From NCBI RefSeq assembly GCF_009914755.1, contig NC_060928.1: 64,000 nt of DNA. The stretch is one strand, 5' to 3'. Within the stretch, counting starts at the first letter, position 1. The number at the start of each line of letters is the position of its first letter. The translations under genes and the position numbers were made by a program. This document shows, piece after piece, positions 41,760 through 62,459 of the stretch. This DNA comes from the human T2T-CHM13v2.0 reference genome, Homo sapiens. A model generated the notes under the pieces. It did not search any database. It was not told where the DNA came from and was given only the letters and a program-made list of their open reading frames with translations.

Positions 41760-44060
41760 TTCTTTCTTTTTATGATTTCACTGCTTATTTCACATATGGG
41801 GGGACATGTGAAGATTTGTTACATTGGAATATAGCATTATGCTGAGGTTTGGAGTCTACACAATCCCATGATCCAGGTAGTAATCATAGTACCCAATAGG
41901 TAGTTTTTTAACCCATTCACCCTCCGCTCTTTGTTATTCCAAGTGTCTGTTGTTCCCACATTTATGTCCATGTGTGATCAATGTTTAGCTGCCACTTCTA
42001 AATAAGGACATGTGGCATTTAAATTTCTGTTTCTGCATTAATTTGTTTAAGATTATGGTCTCCAGCTCAATCCATGTTGCTGCAAAGGACATGATTTCAT
42101 TCTTTTTATGGCTGTGTAGTACTCCATGATGTATATATGCCACATTTTCTTTATCCACTCTGCCACTGATGATCACCTGGGTTGATTCCATGTCTCTGTT
42201 ATTGCGAATGGCACAGCAATTAACACACAAGTGCATAAGTCTTTTTGATAGAATAATTTACTTTTTTGAAGGGGGTATTTACCCAATAAGAGATCTGTTG
42301 AGTAAAATGGTAGCTCTGTTTTAAGTTCTTTGAGGAATCTCCAGACTGCTTTCCACAACTGCTAGACTAATTTACATTCCCACTAACAGCGTATGAGCAT
42401 TCCCTTTTCTCTGCAGCCTTGCCAGCAACTGATGTTTTTTGACTTTTTAATAACAGCCATTCTGGTGTGTGACATGGTATCTTATTGTGGTTTTAATTTG
42501 CATTTCTCTGATGATTAGTGACACTGAGCATTTTTTCATGTTTTTTGGCCACTTGTATGTCTTCTTTTGAGAAGTGTCTATTCATATCCTTTGCCTATTT
42601 TAAATAGGGTTGTTTTTTGCTTAATTTGTTGCCTTTGTCAGATGCATAATTTGTGAATATCTTCTTCCATTCTGTAGTCATCGGTTGCTCTGTTGATAGA
42701 TTTTTGGTTTTTGTTGTTTTTTGTTTTCCCTTTCCCTGAGCAGAAGCTCTGTAGTTTAATTAGGTCCTATTTGTCTATTTTTATTTTTATTGAAATTGCT
42801 TTTGGAGACATAGCCAAAAATTATTTGCCATGACTGATGTTGAGAAGAATATTTCTTAGATTGTGTTCTAGGATTTTTATAGTCTGATGACTTATATTTA
42901 AATCTTTGATTCACTTTGAGTTAATTTTTGTACATGGTAAAAATCAGGTGTCCAACTTCAATCTTCTGCATATGGTTAATCGATTATCCCATCACAATTT
43001 ATCAAATAGAGAATCCATTCCCCATTTCTTGTTTTTATCAGCCTTGTCAAAGATCAGATAGCTGTAGATGTGCAACTTTGTTTCTGGGTTCTCCATTTTG
43101 TTCTATTTGTCTATGTGTCTGTTTTGGAACCAGTCCCAAGGTGTTTTGCTTACTGTGGCTTTATTCCTGGGATGTGAAGCAATAAATGTAATTCACCACA
43201 TAAACAGAATCAAAAGTGAAAGCCATATGATCATCTCAATAGATGCAGTAAAAGCTTTCAGTAAAATCCAACATCTTCATAAAAACCTCTCAACAGATTA
43301 GGCATCAAAAAACATACCTCAAATAATAAAGCCATCTATGTCAAACCCACAGCCAATATCATACTGAATGGGCAAAAGCTAGAAACCATTTGCCTTAAGA
43401 ACTGGAAAGAAACAAGGAAGCTCACTCTTACCACTCCTATTCAACATAGCACTAGAAGACCTAGCAAAAACAATCAGGCAAAAGAAATAAATAAAAGGTA
43501 TCCAAATAAGAAAATAAGTCAAACTATCTCTGTTCACTGACAGTAAGACCCTATACCTAGAATATCTTAATCTTTCAAAAGGCTTCTAAAACTGATAAAC
43601 TAGTTTAGTAAAATTTTAGGATATAAAATCAATGTACAAAAATCAGCAGCATTTTATACACTCAACAAGATACAGGCTGAGAGTAAAATCAAGAACACAT
43701 TCCACTTACAATAGCCACAAAGAAAATCAAATATCTATGAATATAGCTAATGAAGGAGGTGGACAGTCTCTACAAGGAGAACTGCAAAACACTGCTGAAG
43801 GAAATCAAAGATGACACAAATAAATGGAAAAATATTTTATGCTTATGGATTGGAAGAATCAATATCATAAAAATGGCCATAGTGCTCAACTCAATTTACA
43901 GATTCAATGCTATTTCTATCAAACTACCAATGTCATTCCTCACAGAATTAGAAGCGTTATTCTGAAACTCATATAAAACCAAAGGAGAGCCCAAATAGCT
44001 AAGACTAAGCAAAATGAACAAAACAGGAGGCATCACATTACCCAACTTCAAACTATACTA
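41760..44060 (-). mobile_element. L1PA/PB-type 3' portion with 5' inversion (41760-43160 antisense; 43161-44060 inverted)
   Basis: The inverted piece ends at ...cttcaaactatacta, directly adjacent in L1 coordinates to the start of the non-inverted piece. Confidence 0.85.
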
Positions 44061-44096
44061 AGAAAAGTTTGATTGAAAAAAGATTTTAAGTATTAC

Positions 44097-44323
44097 CTTT
44101 CTTAAAATTTTAAATTTACTGTATCTCTCTTTAATGCAGTATTTTTCTTCAATTTTACTCATATTTTCTGTCTTTCTAAAAGTTGTGATAAAATGTTCCA
44201 TATATCATAATGAATCCCTGTTATTTGGTGGCTGTTGAGTTTTCTGGATTTTTGGAAATCAAATATCATTACCTTAGACAAAGCAACATTATTTCATCAA
44301 TATAAATATATGATCTTCAGTGC
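44097..44323 (-). pseudogene. Fossil exon, middle of a module
   Basis: cttatttcag| acceptor and aag|gtaata donor. TEDHIFILMK and IDEIMLLCL..TATK*QGF. Confidence 0.5.
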
Positions 44324-44343
44324 CTGAAATAAGAATCCCTATG

Positions 44344-51061
<6,718 letters not shown>

Positions 51062-51254
51062 AAGAATCCCTATGCTTATGTACAATTATTCATAATATTT
51101 TTCAATTTTCAATTTCCTGAGTTACTTCATGTATCTATTCCTTATAATTTATTGATACATTTACTTACTGAAAATTTATTATGTTAAGCTTCCAAAACAA
51201 ATGGTAAATATTATGTATGATATTTCTTCATCTATTTTATACCTAATCATGGAA

Positions 51255-51425
51255 GCATAGAGGAAAGGGCATGGTTTTGAATCCAAGATGTCTTGAATTT
51301 GCATCATGGCGCATCCAATTATTCTGTAAACTTGGTCAAGACACTTAACCTCTCTGAGATTCAGTATACTAATATATAAAAAGGAATACTGATAATTCTA
51401 TCAAAATCATTGAAATATTAAAAAT
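51255..51425 (+). mobile_element. MIR fragment
   Basis: aacttggtcaagacacttaacctctctgagattcagt MIR core. Confidence 0.7.
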
Positions 51426-51529
51426 AATATATTTTGTTTTTCACATCCCATATATATTGTATGATAGGTATTATCTAATTTAAAACACACGGATTCAAAT
51501 TTACATACTTTAATCTGTGCTAACTTTGT

Positions 51530-51935
51530 AGTCAACATTTATGTAAATAATTTTCTGAAAAACAATATTTACATTATTATTAAATTATGCCTTATATATT
51601 GATTATAGCTGTTTTCTCTCCATCCTAGGCTTCCGTTAATAAATGTGAGTAATGTAAAATTGGTTTTAATAGATTCTAGACTTTTAAGATTCTCAGCCGG
51701 TTTCATTTTAAATATATATAACATTAATATATTTTTGGATTTTTATATATTAAAATGGCCAAAATAATTTATACATCAGTATGTCTGCCATGCAGCACAA
51801 TGTGTGTGTATGTATATCTAGTCAAATAAATACTTAATTATTTTCTTTTTCTTTTTATATACTTAGCTAAACTGAAAGTACATGTCCATGTAGCTACAAA
51901 TATTATGATTTACTATCAGAGAAATTTTCATTATC
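51530..51935 (-). pseudogene. Fossil block containing hAT CxxH-position motif
   Basis: IHTHCAAW (51788-51811), then LLTFINGS and NNVNIVFQ (cf. generic hAT HCxAH; THAP12 CSFFHRS, DNVISVLFQ). Confidence 0.5.
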
Positions 51936-51944
51936 TTTGAAAGG

Positions 51945-52448
51945 GGAAGTTGAGCCCTAGTCCTAAGCTCTGAAGATTGATGTGGAGTACCAGAATCTGA
52001 CTTACTTTGTTGGCATAAGGCAGAAGCTGAGTCTGAACTTCTCTAGAGACCTTTTAATGTCTCCATTCTTCTTCTCTGATTTTGAACCATTTATATGTAC
52101 AACTTCATGACAAAGGGCAAAAGGCTGTGATGTAAGTTGGTCGTGTTGCTACAATTAGAGTTCATGAGAATCATAACTGAGTTCTACTCTGACCTCATTA
52201 GTTCTAGTTTTCTTTGTTGGATCTAATTGGTTCACACACTCTCTTACTTTCTGTATAGTTTCTCTTTGTAATTACTGCTACTCTTGACCTTCAGTGACTT
52301 CAGGCTCACCATAATAAAAAGATAAAAGAGCTTTCTATAGATATTGTCACTGGATCTCATAAATCCATAAGATCTAATTTCTATAATAAATACTTTGTTT
52401 CATATCAGTCCTAGCGGTTTTACTTTGTTAACTGAACTCTGATATACA
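51945..52448 (+). mobile_element. ERVL-class LTR (LTR33/LTR41-like)
   Basis: 3' end ctataataaat...catatca..c.tag.ggtt...gaactctgatATACA. Confidence 0.55.
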
Positions 52449-55400
52449 AATTCTAGATATGTCCTGTAGATAGAAAAATCTATAAAGCAAAGTGATAAAT
52501 AAAATTAAATAAGCAATGATAATAGAAAATGACAAAGGTTTATTATACAAGTCCAAACAATAAAAAAGTGGAGACTGCCACCTTGAAATAAAGCAAAGGA
52601 TACTCAAGCCCCAAAACCCTTACTTCCTGAGAATATAGAATATGCTTTCATCTGCAGTGCACATAGCTCTTCCAGAAAATTTGATACTATTATAGTTTGA
52701 CAATAAAATGTTTAACAAACTTTATAAAATAAAACCAGTAAAGATAAAACAGACCGCAAATGAAATATATATATATATATTTTTTTTTTTTTAAATAAAG
52801 AAGAGATCCTTAGACTTGTGGCTTTATCCTATTACACTATAGTGCTCAGGCTAATAAGGAAATTTTTTAAAAAGTGAAAGTTTATAAAAAGTAATGGTAG
52901 TCATTAGGGTTTCTGGCTCTGCATGTAAGGAGCACCCAAGTCACCATCCATACTAAAACAAGTAAATATATGAACAGACTGAAGTATCAACAACTCTTCT
53001 GGGATCTTTAAGAGAGATATGGATACAGGAAGAATGGCTGCAACCAAGACTGGAGAGTCAGACAGAAAAACATAGGAAATCATGGCTTACTGGGGCAGAG
53101 ACTAAAAAATGGAAATCACCAAGGAAATCAGCACTGGGATGGGAAAACTTAAACTGCAATTGACAAATTTTTGGAGGCTCACTTAGGACAAGCCGTAGAG
53201 TTATATACCCCAAGGGGCCCCACAGTTTTGTGAGTTTTACCTCCAGGAACTTGACCAGCTTATCATGGTATGTATTGGGGTGGGGGGATCTCTTTACGCT
53301 TCCGGCAAGGAGAGGAGAAAAGCAAGCATTTTAAGATACGCCAGAACACTCTGTTCTTACTAGGAAAGTCTGTCTTAGGAAAGACTATTTGACCAGAACC
53401 TATCTTGGCGGGATATTATAAAAGCCAGACTAACCTGGGAGAAGGGAAATACCCAATTCCAGTTGGCTCTAGCCTTTCCTGTGGAGGAAGGAAAATACTG
53501 AACTCTACCCCACTCTAGCTATCAATCCCCACCTCAGGATAAAAGGAAAAAATAAGAAACACTTGTGAATTTTCTAGTACAGACGTTTAGGCCCACTAAA
53601 TGACTGAGATGTAATCAGAAGATCATAGGATTACAGAAGGCTTTCTGCTCCCTTCCATACTTTACTGTCATGTTATTAAAAGCCTATTTACAGCAGTTTA
53701 TTTTAGCTGCTACATCATGCTCAGCCATGCAAAACAAAACAAAACAAAACAAAACAAGGCATACTAGAAGGTAAGAACAATTTGAAAAGGCAGAGCAAGC
53801 AGCAAAACCAAACAAGGTAGGAATGCTGGAATTATCAGACCTGGAATTGAAAATATTTCTAAATATTTCTGAATAATATGCTTAGGGGTCAAATGGATAA
53901 AGTAGACCGCATGAAAGAATACATGTGGAAAATCAGTAAAGAAGTGGATATACTAAAAAAAAGAACCAAAAAGAAATGTTACAGATAAAAAATTTTGTAA
54001 CAGAAATATTAATAAATAATGCCTTTAATGGCCTTATTTATACTTATGGTGTGGCTCAGAAAAGAATCTCTGAGCTTAGAATAGAAACTTTCAAAACTGT
54101 AAACCAAAGAGAGTGAAGATTGAAAAAAAAAGAGAGAATATCTAAGGGCTTTGGAATAACTACAAAACATTTAATATATGTGCAATTGAAATACTAGAGG
54201 AAAAAAAAGAGAGAAAAAAACAGAAGAAATATTTGAAAACATGTGACAGGTAATTTCTTCCAATTTGTTTCAGACGCCAAAGCACAAATCCAAGAAGTTC
54301 AGAGAATATCAAGCAAGATAAACACAAAATATATATATATATAGACATATCATTTTCAAATGACAGAAAATCAAAGATAAGAGAAAAAATCCTGAATGAA
54401 ACTAGAGGGAGAAAAAATACCTTTTATAAAATAAAAATGAAAATTATATTTAACTTCCCTCAGAGTCAGTTGCACTATCTGGTAACCAAGGCTGTAGACT
54501 GAAGTATTTAAAAGTAGTGAGAGAGCAAACATCTAACCTAGAATTATGTGTCCTAAAAAATTACCCTTGAAAACAGAAAATGAACTAAATACTTTTTTAA
54601 ACAAAATAAAAACTGAAGTCACTTATTGACAAATTTGCCTTGCAAAAAAGGTTAAAAGAATTTCTTTAGACAGGATCTATTAATGTGGGACATTGAATCT
54701 ACATTGAAAAAAGAAGAGCATCAAATAAAGAATAAGTGAATAACAAATAAAAACCTTTTATCCTTGATCTAACATATAATGGTTTATTCAAAATAAAAAT
54801 AGCAATATGTATTCAATTATATATACTTATGTATGTATCATATATAAAAAATATAAACATATGTTATATATCCTTATATATAAGTAAAATGAATGACAGT
54901 AATGGCATAAAAGATGAGAGGGAGGAATTAGAATTATTTTGTTATCAGAATATACTCATACTACCCATGTAGTGGTATAGTGTTATTTGAAAGTGGGCTT
55001 TTACCGGTTTTCAAGGTATATTCAAACTCTCAGGCAATCACTAAAAAATACATAAAAAGAAATATAACTTATATGACAAGGAAAGAGAAAAAAAATATAC
55101 AAAGTGCTCAATTAAAACCACAAAAGAAAAAGGGTAGATGACAAAGAGACAAAGGAAAAAAATAAAAAGCAATAATAAATATAGTAGATATTAACCAGAA
55201 TATACTAATAATCACTTTGAATAGCAATGGTATAAATGCATCAATTAAAAGACAGTAATTGTCACAGCAGACCAAAACTCAAGACCCAGTTATATGCTGT
55301 TGACAAGAAACATACTTTAAATAAAAATATAGAGGCTAGTTCATGAGATTTAAGAAAGGAAGCTACCTCCATAAATAAAAGTGCAAGGTGATGCAGCAAG

Positions 55401-55791
55401 TGCTAATATAGAAGCTGCAGCAAGTAATCTAGAAGATCAAGATAAGATAATTGATGAAAATGATTACACTAAAGAACAGATTTTCAGTGTAGATAAAACA
55501 GTTTTATATTAGAGAAAGATTATAAATCAATGGAAGAAAAACATATAATGCTAACACTAATCCAAAGAAAGTGGGAGTAGCTATATCAATTTCAGACAGA
55601 GCAGACTTCAAGAAACATTTTTAGGGATAAAGGGCATTAACTAACAATAAAGGCGACAAGGCTACAAGAACACACAGCAATACTTGACATGTATGCGTAA
55701 TACAGCATCAAACAACATGAGGCAAAAACTTACAGATCTGCAAGGAGAAACAGATGAATTCACTATTGTAATTGGAGACCTTAATAACCCT

Positions 55792-57886
55792 TGTAATTAT
55801 TTGGGAGTACCATGAAGTAGACCTGTATAAGGCAAAATAAATGTTATTAGTGTTCAGAATGCTCCATTGACCAGATTTTTCTTCATCTCTCTCCCTCTTC
55901 TTGTGCCTCCCTATTCCTGAAGACACAACAATACTGAAATTAGGCCAATTAATAACCTTGCAATGGGCTCTAAGTGTTCAAGTGAAAGGAAGAGTCATAC
56001 TTCTCTCACCTTAAATCGAAAGCTAGAAATGGTTAGGCTTGGCATGTCAAAAGCCAAGTAGGCCAAAGCTAGTATTTTTGCAGGAAAACATTAGCCAAGT
56101 TGTGAAGGCAAAATAAAGTTTTTGAAGGAAATTAAAATGACACTCTAATGAACACACCCATGATAAGAAAGCAAAACAGCTTGATTGCTAATATGAAGAA
56201 AGTTGTAGTGGCCTGGATAGATGAAACCAGCCACATCATTCACATATACTAAAGCCCAATCCAGAGCAAGGCTCTGTCTTCAGTTCTATGAAGGGTAGGA
56301 GAGGCAATAAAGCTGCAGAAGAAAAGTTTGAAAGCAGAGGTTGTTTCCTAAGATTTAAGAAAGCAAGCTGCCTCATAAAATAAAAGTACAAGGTGATGCA
56401 GAAAATGCTAATATAGAAGCTTCAGCAGGTGATCCAGAAAAATCAAGCTAAGATAATTGATGAAATGACTACACTAAAGAACAGATTTTCAGTGTAGATA
56501 AAATAGTTTTATACAGGAGAAAATGGCATTGAGGATTTTTACAGCTAGAGAGAAAAAGTTAATGTCTGGCTTTAAAACTTCAGAGTTGGACTTTCTTGTT
56601 AGGGAATAAGGCAGCTGGTGACTTTACACTGAAGCCAATGCTCATTTGCTATTTCGAAAATCTTAGGACCTTAAGAATTATGCTAAATCTAATCTGCCTA
56701 TATTCTATAAATGGAACTGCCAAAGTCTGGATGACAGCGTTTCTATGCACAGCATAGATTACTGACTATTTCAAGCCCATTCTTGGACCAACTGCTCAGA
56801 AAAAAACAATTATTATAAAATATTATTGTTCAGTGACACTAGTCACCCAAGATCTCTGATGGAGATTTACAAGGAGATTAATGTTGGTTTTATGTCTGCC
56901 AGTACAACATCTATTCTACAATCTATGGATCAAAAAATAATTTCTAATTTCAAGTCTTATTATTTAAGCAGTATATTTTGTAAGGCTATACCAACCATAG
57001 TCATTCTTCTGATAAATTTAGGCAATGTAAATTAACAACTTTGTGAAAAAGAATCACCATTCTAGATGTAATGAAGACCATTTATGATTTATGGGAGTAC
57101 GTCAAAATGTCAATGTTAGCATGAGATTGAAAAAAGTCAGTTTCAACCCCCAAAGTCAATGACTTTGAGGGATATAAGATTTGAGTGGAAGAGGTAATTG
57201 CAAAGTGGTGGAAATTGCAAGAGGGCTAGAATGAGAAGTGGAGCTTGAGGATGTAACTGAATTGCTCTAATCACACTATCAAACTTAAATGAATAGGGAG
57301 TGGCTTATGATGATGAGCAAAGAAAGTGGTTTCTTGGGATGGCATTTAGTCTTCATGGAGTTACTGTGAACATGGTTGAAATGACAATAAAAATTTTGGA
57401 ATATTTCATAAACTTAGTTTGTAAAGCAATGATAAGGTTTCAGAGGACTGAATCCAAGTTCTGTTAGTAAAATGCTATCAAACAGCATTTCCCGCAACAC
57501 AGAAATCCTTCACGAACGAGTCCGTCATTGTGGCAAAATTTATTGTTATCTTATTGTTTTAAATTTCCACAATGACCCCAAACTTCAGCAACCACAACCC
57601 TGACTAGTCATCAGTCAACATTTATGCAAGACCCTTCATCAGCAAAAAGATTAAGACTCACTGAAGGCTTAGATTATTGTCAGCATTTTTTAAAAACAAA
57701 ATATTTTTAAATTAAAATATGTCCTTTTTCAAAATAATACTATTGTGCATATAGGCTACAATATAGTACAAACATAACTATTATGTATACTGAAAAACCA
57801 AAAATTTGTTTGACTCATTTTATGGTGATACTCACTTTATCACAGTCGTCTGGAATGATATGAGAAATATTGATGAGGTAGGCTTG
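55792..57886 (+). mobile_element. Tigger1 (pogo-like DNA transposon), left end missing
   Basis: ctaagtgttcaagtgaaaggaagagtc..ctcac.ttaaatc.aaagctagaaatg transposase start. Right TIR-like gaggtaggcttg followed by TA. Confidence 0.9.
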
Positions 57887-59760
57887 TACTTTACCCAACA
57901 ACAGCAGAATACACATTCTTATCAAGCTCATGTGGAACGTTTCACTAAGATAGATCATATTCTGGGCCATAAAACACACTTAAAATTTTAAAATAATAAA
58001 AATTACACAATATTTAATCTCAGAAAACATTGGATTTAAACAAGAAATAAATGACAGAATGATAAATTTTAAAATCTCCAAATATGTAGACATTCAACAA
58101 CACACTTCTAAATAACACACAGACTAAAGAAGAAATAGCAAGAAACATTTTAAAATATATCAAGTTAAAGAAAAATAAAAATACAAGACAAAACAACATA
58201 AAAATTGTAAGGTACAGTAACAGTAGGGCTTAGAAGGAACATTTTATAATTGAATGCATATATTAGAAAAAAACAAAAATCTAAAACCAATAATATAAGT
58301 TTCCACCTGTCCGAACCAGAAAAGAAGTGCAAACTAAATCAAAAGTAAGCAAAAGAAAATAAATAATAAATATCATAGGAGAAATTATTGACATTGAGAA
58401 CAGGAAATCAATAGAGAATATCAACAAAACCAAAAGCAGATGCTTTGATAATACCAATAAAATTGATAAAACTCTTATCTTGTTATCTAAATAAAAAAAG
58501 AGAAGAGACAAATTACTTTCAGAAATCATAAAAGTAAACATCACTTCAGATCCCATGGACAATAAAAGGAGAATAAAGGAATACTACAGAAAACTTCATG
58601 GTCACAAACTTGATAACATGTAGGAACTGGACTAATTCCTTGAAAGACACAATCTACCAAACTCACACAAGAAGAAATAGACAATTTAATTGAAGAAACT
58701 GAAAAAATAACTAATAATCTTTCTGAATGGGAAGCATGAGGCCCAGATGGATTCCCTGAAGAATTCTACGAAACATTTAAGAAAGAAGTTACTCCAATTG
58801 TTTTTACAATTTCTTTCAGAGGACAGAAGCAGACTTTCTGACTCATTCTATGAGACCAGCATTACTTTGATAACAAAATAAGACAAGGAAATTTCAAAAA
58901 AACTAAACTATAACCAATGTCTCTCATGAACATAGATGCAAAAATCCTCAAAAAAATACTATGAAGACAAATTCAATAGTGTATAAGAATTACACACAAC
59001 AACCAAGAGGGATTTATCTCATTTAGGCAAAGCAATTTGAACATTTGAAAATTCATTGATGTAATTTACTATATCAATAAGCTAAAAAAAATCACATGAT
59101 CATGTCAATATATGCAAAAAAGCTTTTAACAAAATTTAACAACCATTCATGTTAAAAAAAATCTCTCAGTAAACTAGAAATATGGGAAAATGTCCACAAC
59201 TTAATAAAGTGTATGTACAAAACAATATTATAAGTAACTTCATACTTAATGATGAGAAAGTAGAAGATTTCTCATTAAGTTAAGGCAAGACTATCCCCTC
59301 TTACCACTTCTTCAATCTCATACTGTAAGTTCAAGCTAATGAAATAAGATGAGAAAGGGAAGTAAAAGGAGCACAGATTGGGAAGGAATAAATATATTTT
59401 TTAATTCACAGATGACATGATCATCCCTTTAGAAAGTTTGAAAGAATTGACAAAATACTCTAGGAACTAATAAGTGATTATAGCAAGGATTTAGCATACA
59501 AAGTCAGTACAAAAAATTCATAGCTTTCTGTAAAAAGTTTCTTTGTAAATATAAGAAACAAACAAGTGCAGTTTGAAATTTAAAAAATAATTTAAAAATA
59601 AACTAATAAAACATTTATATTAACATCCTAAATAATGAAATACTTAGGTATAAATGTAAAAATGGTATACAAGATCTATATGAAAAAATATAAAACTGAT
59701 TAATAAAATCAAATAACTATACAAGTGGAAATACATTTTATGTTTATAAATAGGAAGACT

Positions 59761-60379
59761 TGTTGGGGAAAAGCTGAGTGTTGGGAAAAATGCTGAGGTA
59801 GGGCTTGCATGTCTGACATAATGTAAAAGAGTCTTGGAACATGTCTGGGGTCCAGGGTCTAAAACCCCTTGTGGCCTTTGGAACACCAAGCTCTGTGCAA
59901 AAGGGTGGAAGGGTGCCCCGCCACACCACAATCTAAGCCCAGGGCATAAAAAGCCTCATGGCTTGGATGGAATCCAGGGCTCAGGGCATAAAACCCCCTG
60001 TGGCCTCTGGAATGTGTCTAGACTTGCTGGCTCCTTGCTCCTAGCACTCCCAGGTTCATAGATCAATTGTATCTTAAACTAGAACATGTTTCCCATTACC
60101 TCAAGTAGCAGAACATGTTCCATATGCTTCAGAGAAAATGCTAAACCATCACAGCTGTAGATCATGCACTTGATACACTGCTTTCTTTCAACCTTCACAT
60201 CCTCACCACCTGATTCTTTGTTTGATCACTAATAAATAGTTTGGGCTTCCAGAGTCAGGGGACTTTGCAGCCTCCATGCTAGCGTTGGCCCCCTGGTCCC
60301 ACTTTATGCACTCTTGTCGTCTCATTCCTTTGACTCCACCAGCCCCCACAGCCTGGTGTTAGGTCTGATCAACCCAACA
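59761..60379 (+). mobile_element. Solo LTR14-family (HERV-K14 group) LTR
   Basis: TGTTGGG...CCCAACA termini, internal aataaa, perfect 6-bp TSD aagact at 59755-59760 and 60380-60385. Confidence 0.88.
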
Positions 60380-61259
60380 AAGACTCAATATTGTCAAGAT
60401 GTCTGTCAATTCTTCCCAATTTGACCTATTGTTTCAATGCAATCCCAATTAAAATTCCAGTTTTTTTTGTGGACATTGACAAACTGATTCTAAAGTGTAT
60501 GTTGCAGAGGGAAAGATGCAAAATAGCTAACACGATACTGAAGGAGAAGAAAAAATTTGAGGGCTAACACTCTTGATGTTAATACTCCCTATAGAGCTAC
60601 ACTAAGGAGGACTGTGTAATACAGGCAAAATAATACACATATAGATTAATGGAACAGAATAGAGAGCCAAGAAATTGACCCACATAAATACAGTTAGCTG
60701 ATCTTTGAAAAAGAAGCAAAGGTAATATAATGGAAGTAATATAGTATTTTCAACAAATGATGCTGAAACAACTAGGCATCCAAATGCAAAAAATAAAAAT
60801 AATCCAGACATTGACCTTTCAAGTCCAGAAAACTGTCTTTAGTAAAATAATGCTCAATTACTACAAAACAACACAGAAAAAGAGGAAAAGAAAATAGCAG
60901 AATGATATACTGAAATCTGTTTCAATAAAATCTGTTTCTATGTACTTTGTTTAAATATTGCAAATAAAAATAGGGCTTGTGAGATTGTATTTAAAAAGCA
61001 GCACCTACTTATATCCTGCCTACAAATAAATACAACAAAACAAAACAAAAAAACAATAAAAGAAAACTTGGAAATCCATAAAAAAGCAAACCTTTAAATG
61101 CATAGATAGAAAAAGTTATATACAATGTTAACATTATACAAAGGAAGGCTGTTATAGCTGTATTAATAGCAAAGCAAATTTTAGGAAAAAATAATATTTG
61201 CAAGGATTAAAAAAGATTTCCAAGATATAGGGCAGAAAATAATAAATAAATATTTGGGT

Positions 61260-61631
61260 ATGCAAAATTAAAAACAACTTATAGAAATTTGGGTAAAATG
61301 TAGTGGACATAATTGTGAAGAGTCAAAGGACCCCTCAGCTAAACTGTGTCTGCTTCCAAATCTCTACACAACATTGATTTCTTTTCACACTACCACCACT
61401 ATTTCCAGGAAGATATAGAAGGTAATATGCTGGAATCATATCTCTTGACAGTGTTCATATATATAATTATATATATATATATAATATTTGAAAGTAAACT
61501 TAGAACTAAGAAGTAAAGCACATTTGACTCTAGTTTCTAATACAGTGGTGTTCTTTGGGAACAATAATATACTAGCAACTTGGTTCCTATACTTTTGAAA
61601 GACAGTTTGACTGTTGTGGCCAAATTTATAA
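61260..61631 (-). pseudogene. Fossil block, C-terminal part of a module, frameshifted by a (TA)n expansion
   Basis: RVKCALLLSS..YYLLYLPGN..CCVEIWKQ..LFTIMSTTFYPNFYKLF (cf. ALKCLSLVPS..YRSDLP..HCWRIKWKH..PSTI..FFPNVYALL). Confidence 0.7.
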
Positions 61632-62189
61632 CTTAAAATTTATCAGAATAGTGATGAAAATTAAAGTCTCATTTTTGGTTAAGCATTTTGAGTAAGAAAA
61701 CAAGAATAATGAAATAGGTAATTTTTACATTTTAAATATTTCCAACTTTGTCCTTATCCATTTTAGCATGATCGTCATCTTGTATATTAACAAGATACTC
61801 AGTTGAATAAAATAACTTTTATTTGTTATTATTGCATTAGAAAATCTCTTTCTATAATGGTAATGAGAGAGAATTGAAGACAATAACCTCTGAAGCTTCA
61901 GTATTTCATCTTCACATCTACCAAAATTTTTAATTATTTAGGTTTCAAATTTTTTTCTATTTATGAGGCTACATTTAAAAATTGTATACTTTACTCAACA
62001 ACAAAAGATACCTAGAATAAATAAGAACACTGCAAAACAAATTGCAGGTAAAGTTAAGAAGAATATTAACTTATTTATTAATTGAATAATAGTTGTAATG
62101 GGGATAATTGAACAAGTAAAATATGAGTTTATATTTGCAGAGAAATGAGTTTGTATTTTATTGAGAGATTAAGCAATATCAGACAATGC

Positions 62190-62450
62190 TAATAAAAAGC
62201 TATGACTTTTCTTTTGCTGTTAGAGATGAGGTGAAATCAGTCATGAGAAATGAATTATTAAATAAGTGTAAAAACAGGATTAAGGAAGAGTCATCCATAT
62301 GGACACTGAAGTCACTCTGAATAATTTTTAAAAATATAGATGTTGAGTAACACAGTGAACCAGGTGTGCAAATTATCACTACATGAAGAAGATTGCCATA
62401 TTAGTGTGAATTTTCAAGGCTGATAGTGTAAATAATACCAGATTAGTTGT
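62190..62450. mobile_element. L2-like fragment
   Basis: gtcatccatatggacactgaagtcac motif typical of L2. Confidence 0.45.
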
Positions 62451-62459
62451 TATTTTCTC

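Larger units (their letters stand above)
52905..60830 (+). mobile_element. Old long L1 (L1MB/MC-like) interrupted by Tigger1 and LTR14
   Basis: Co-linear 5' region, ORF1, EN (aatgg..taaatgc..caattaaaagaca; ggagac.ttaa) and RT (cagatgacatgat) remnants. Confidence 0.85.
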
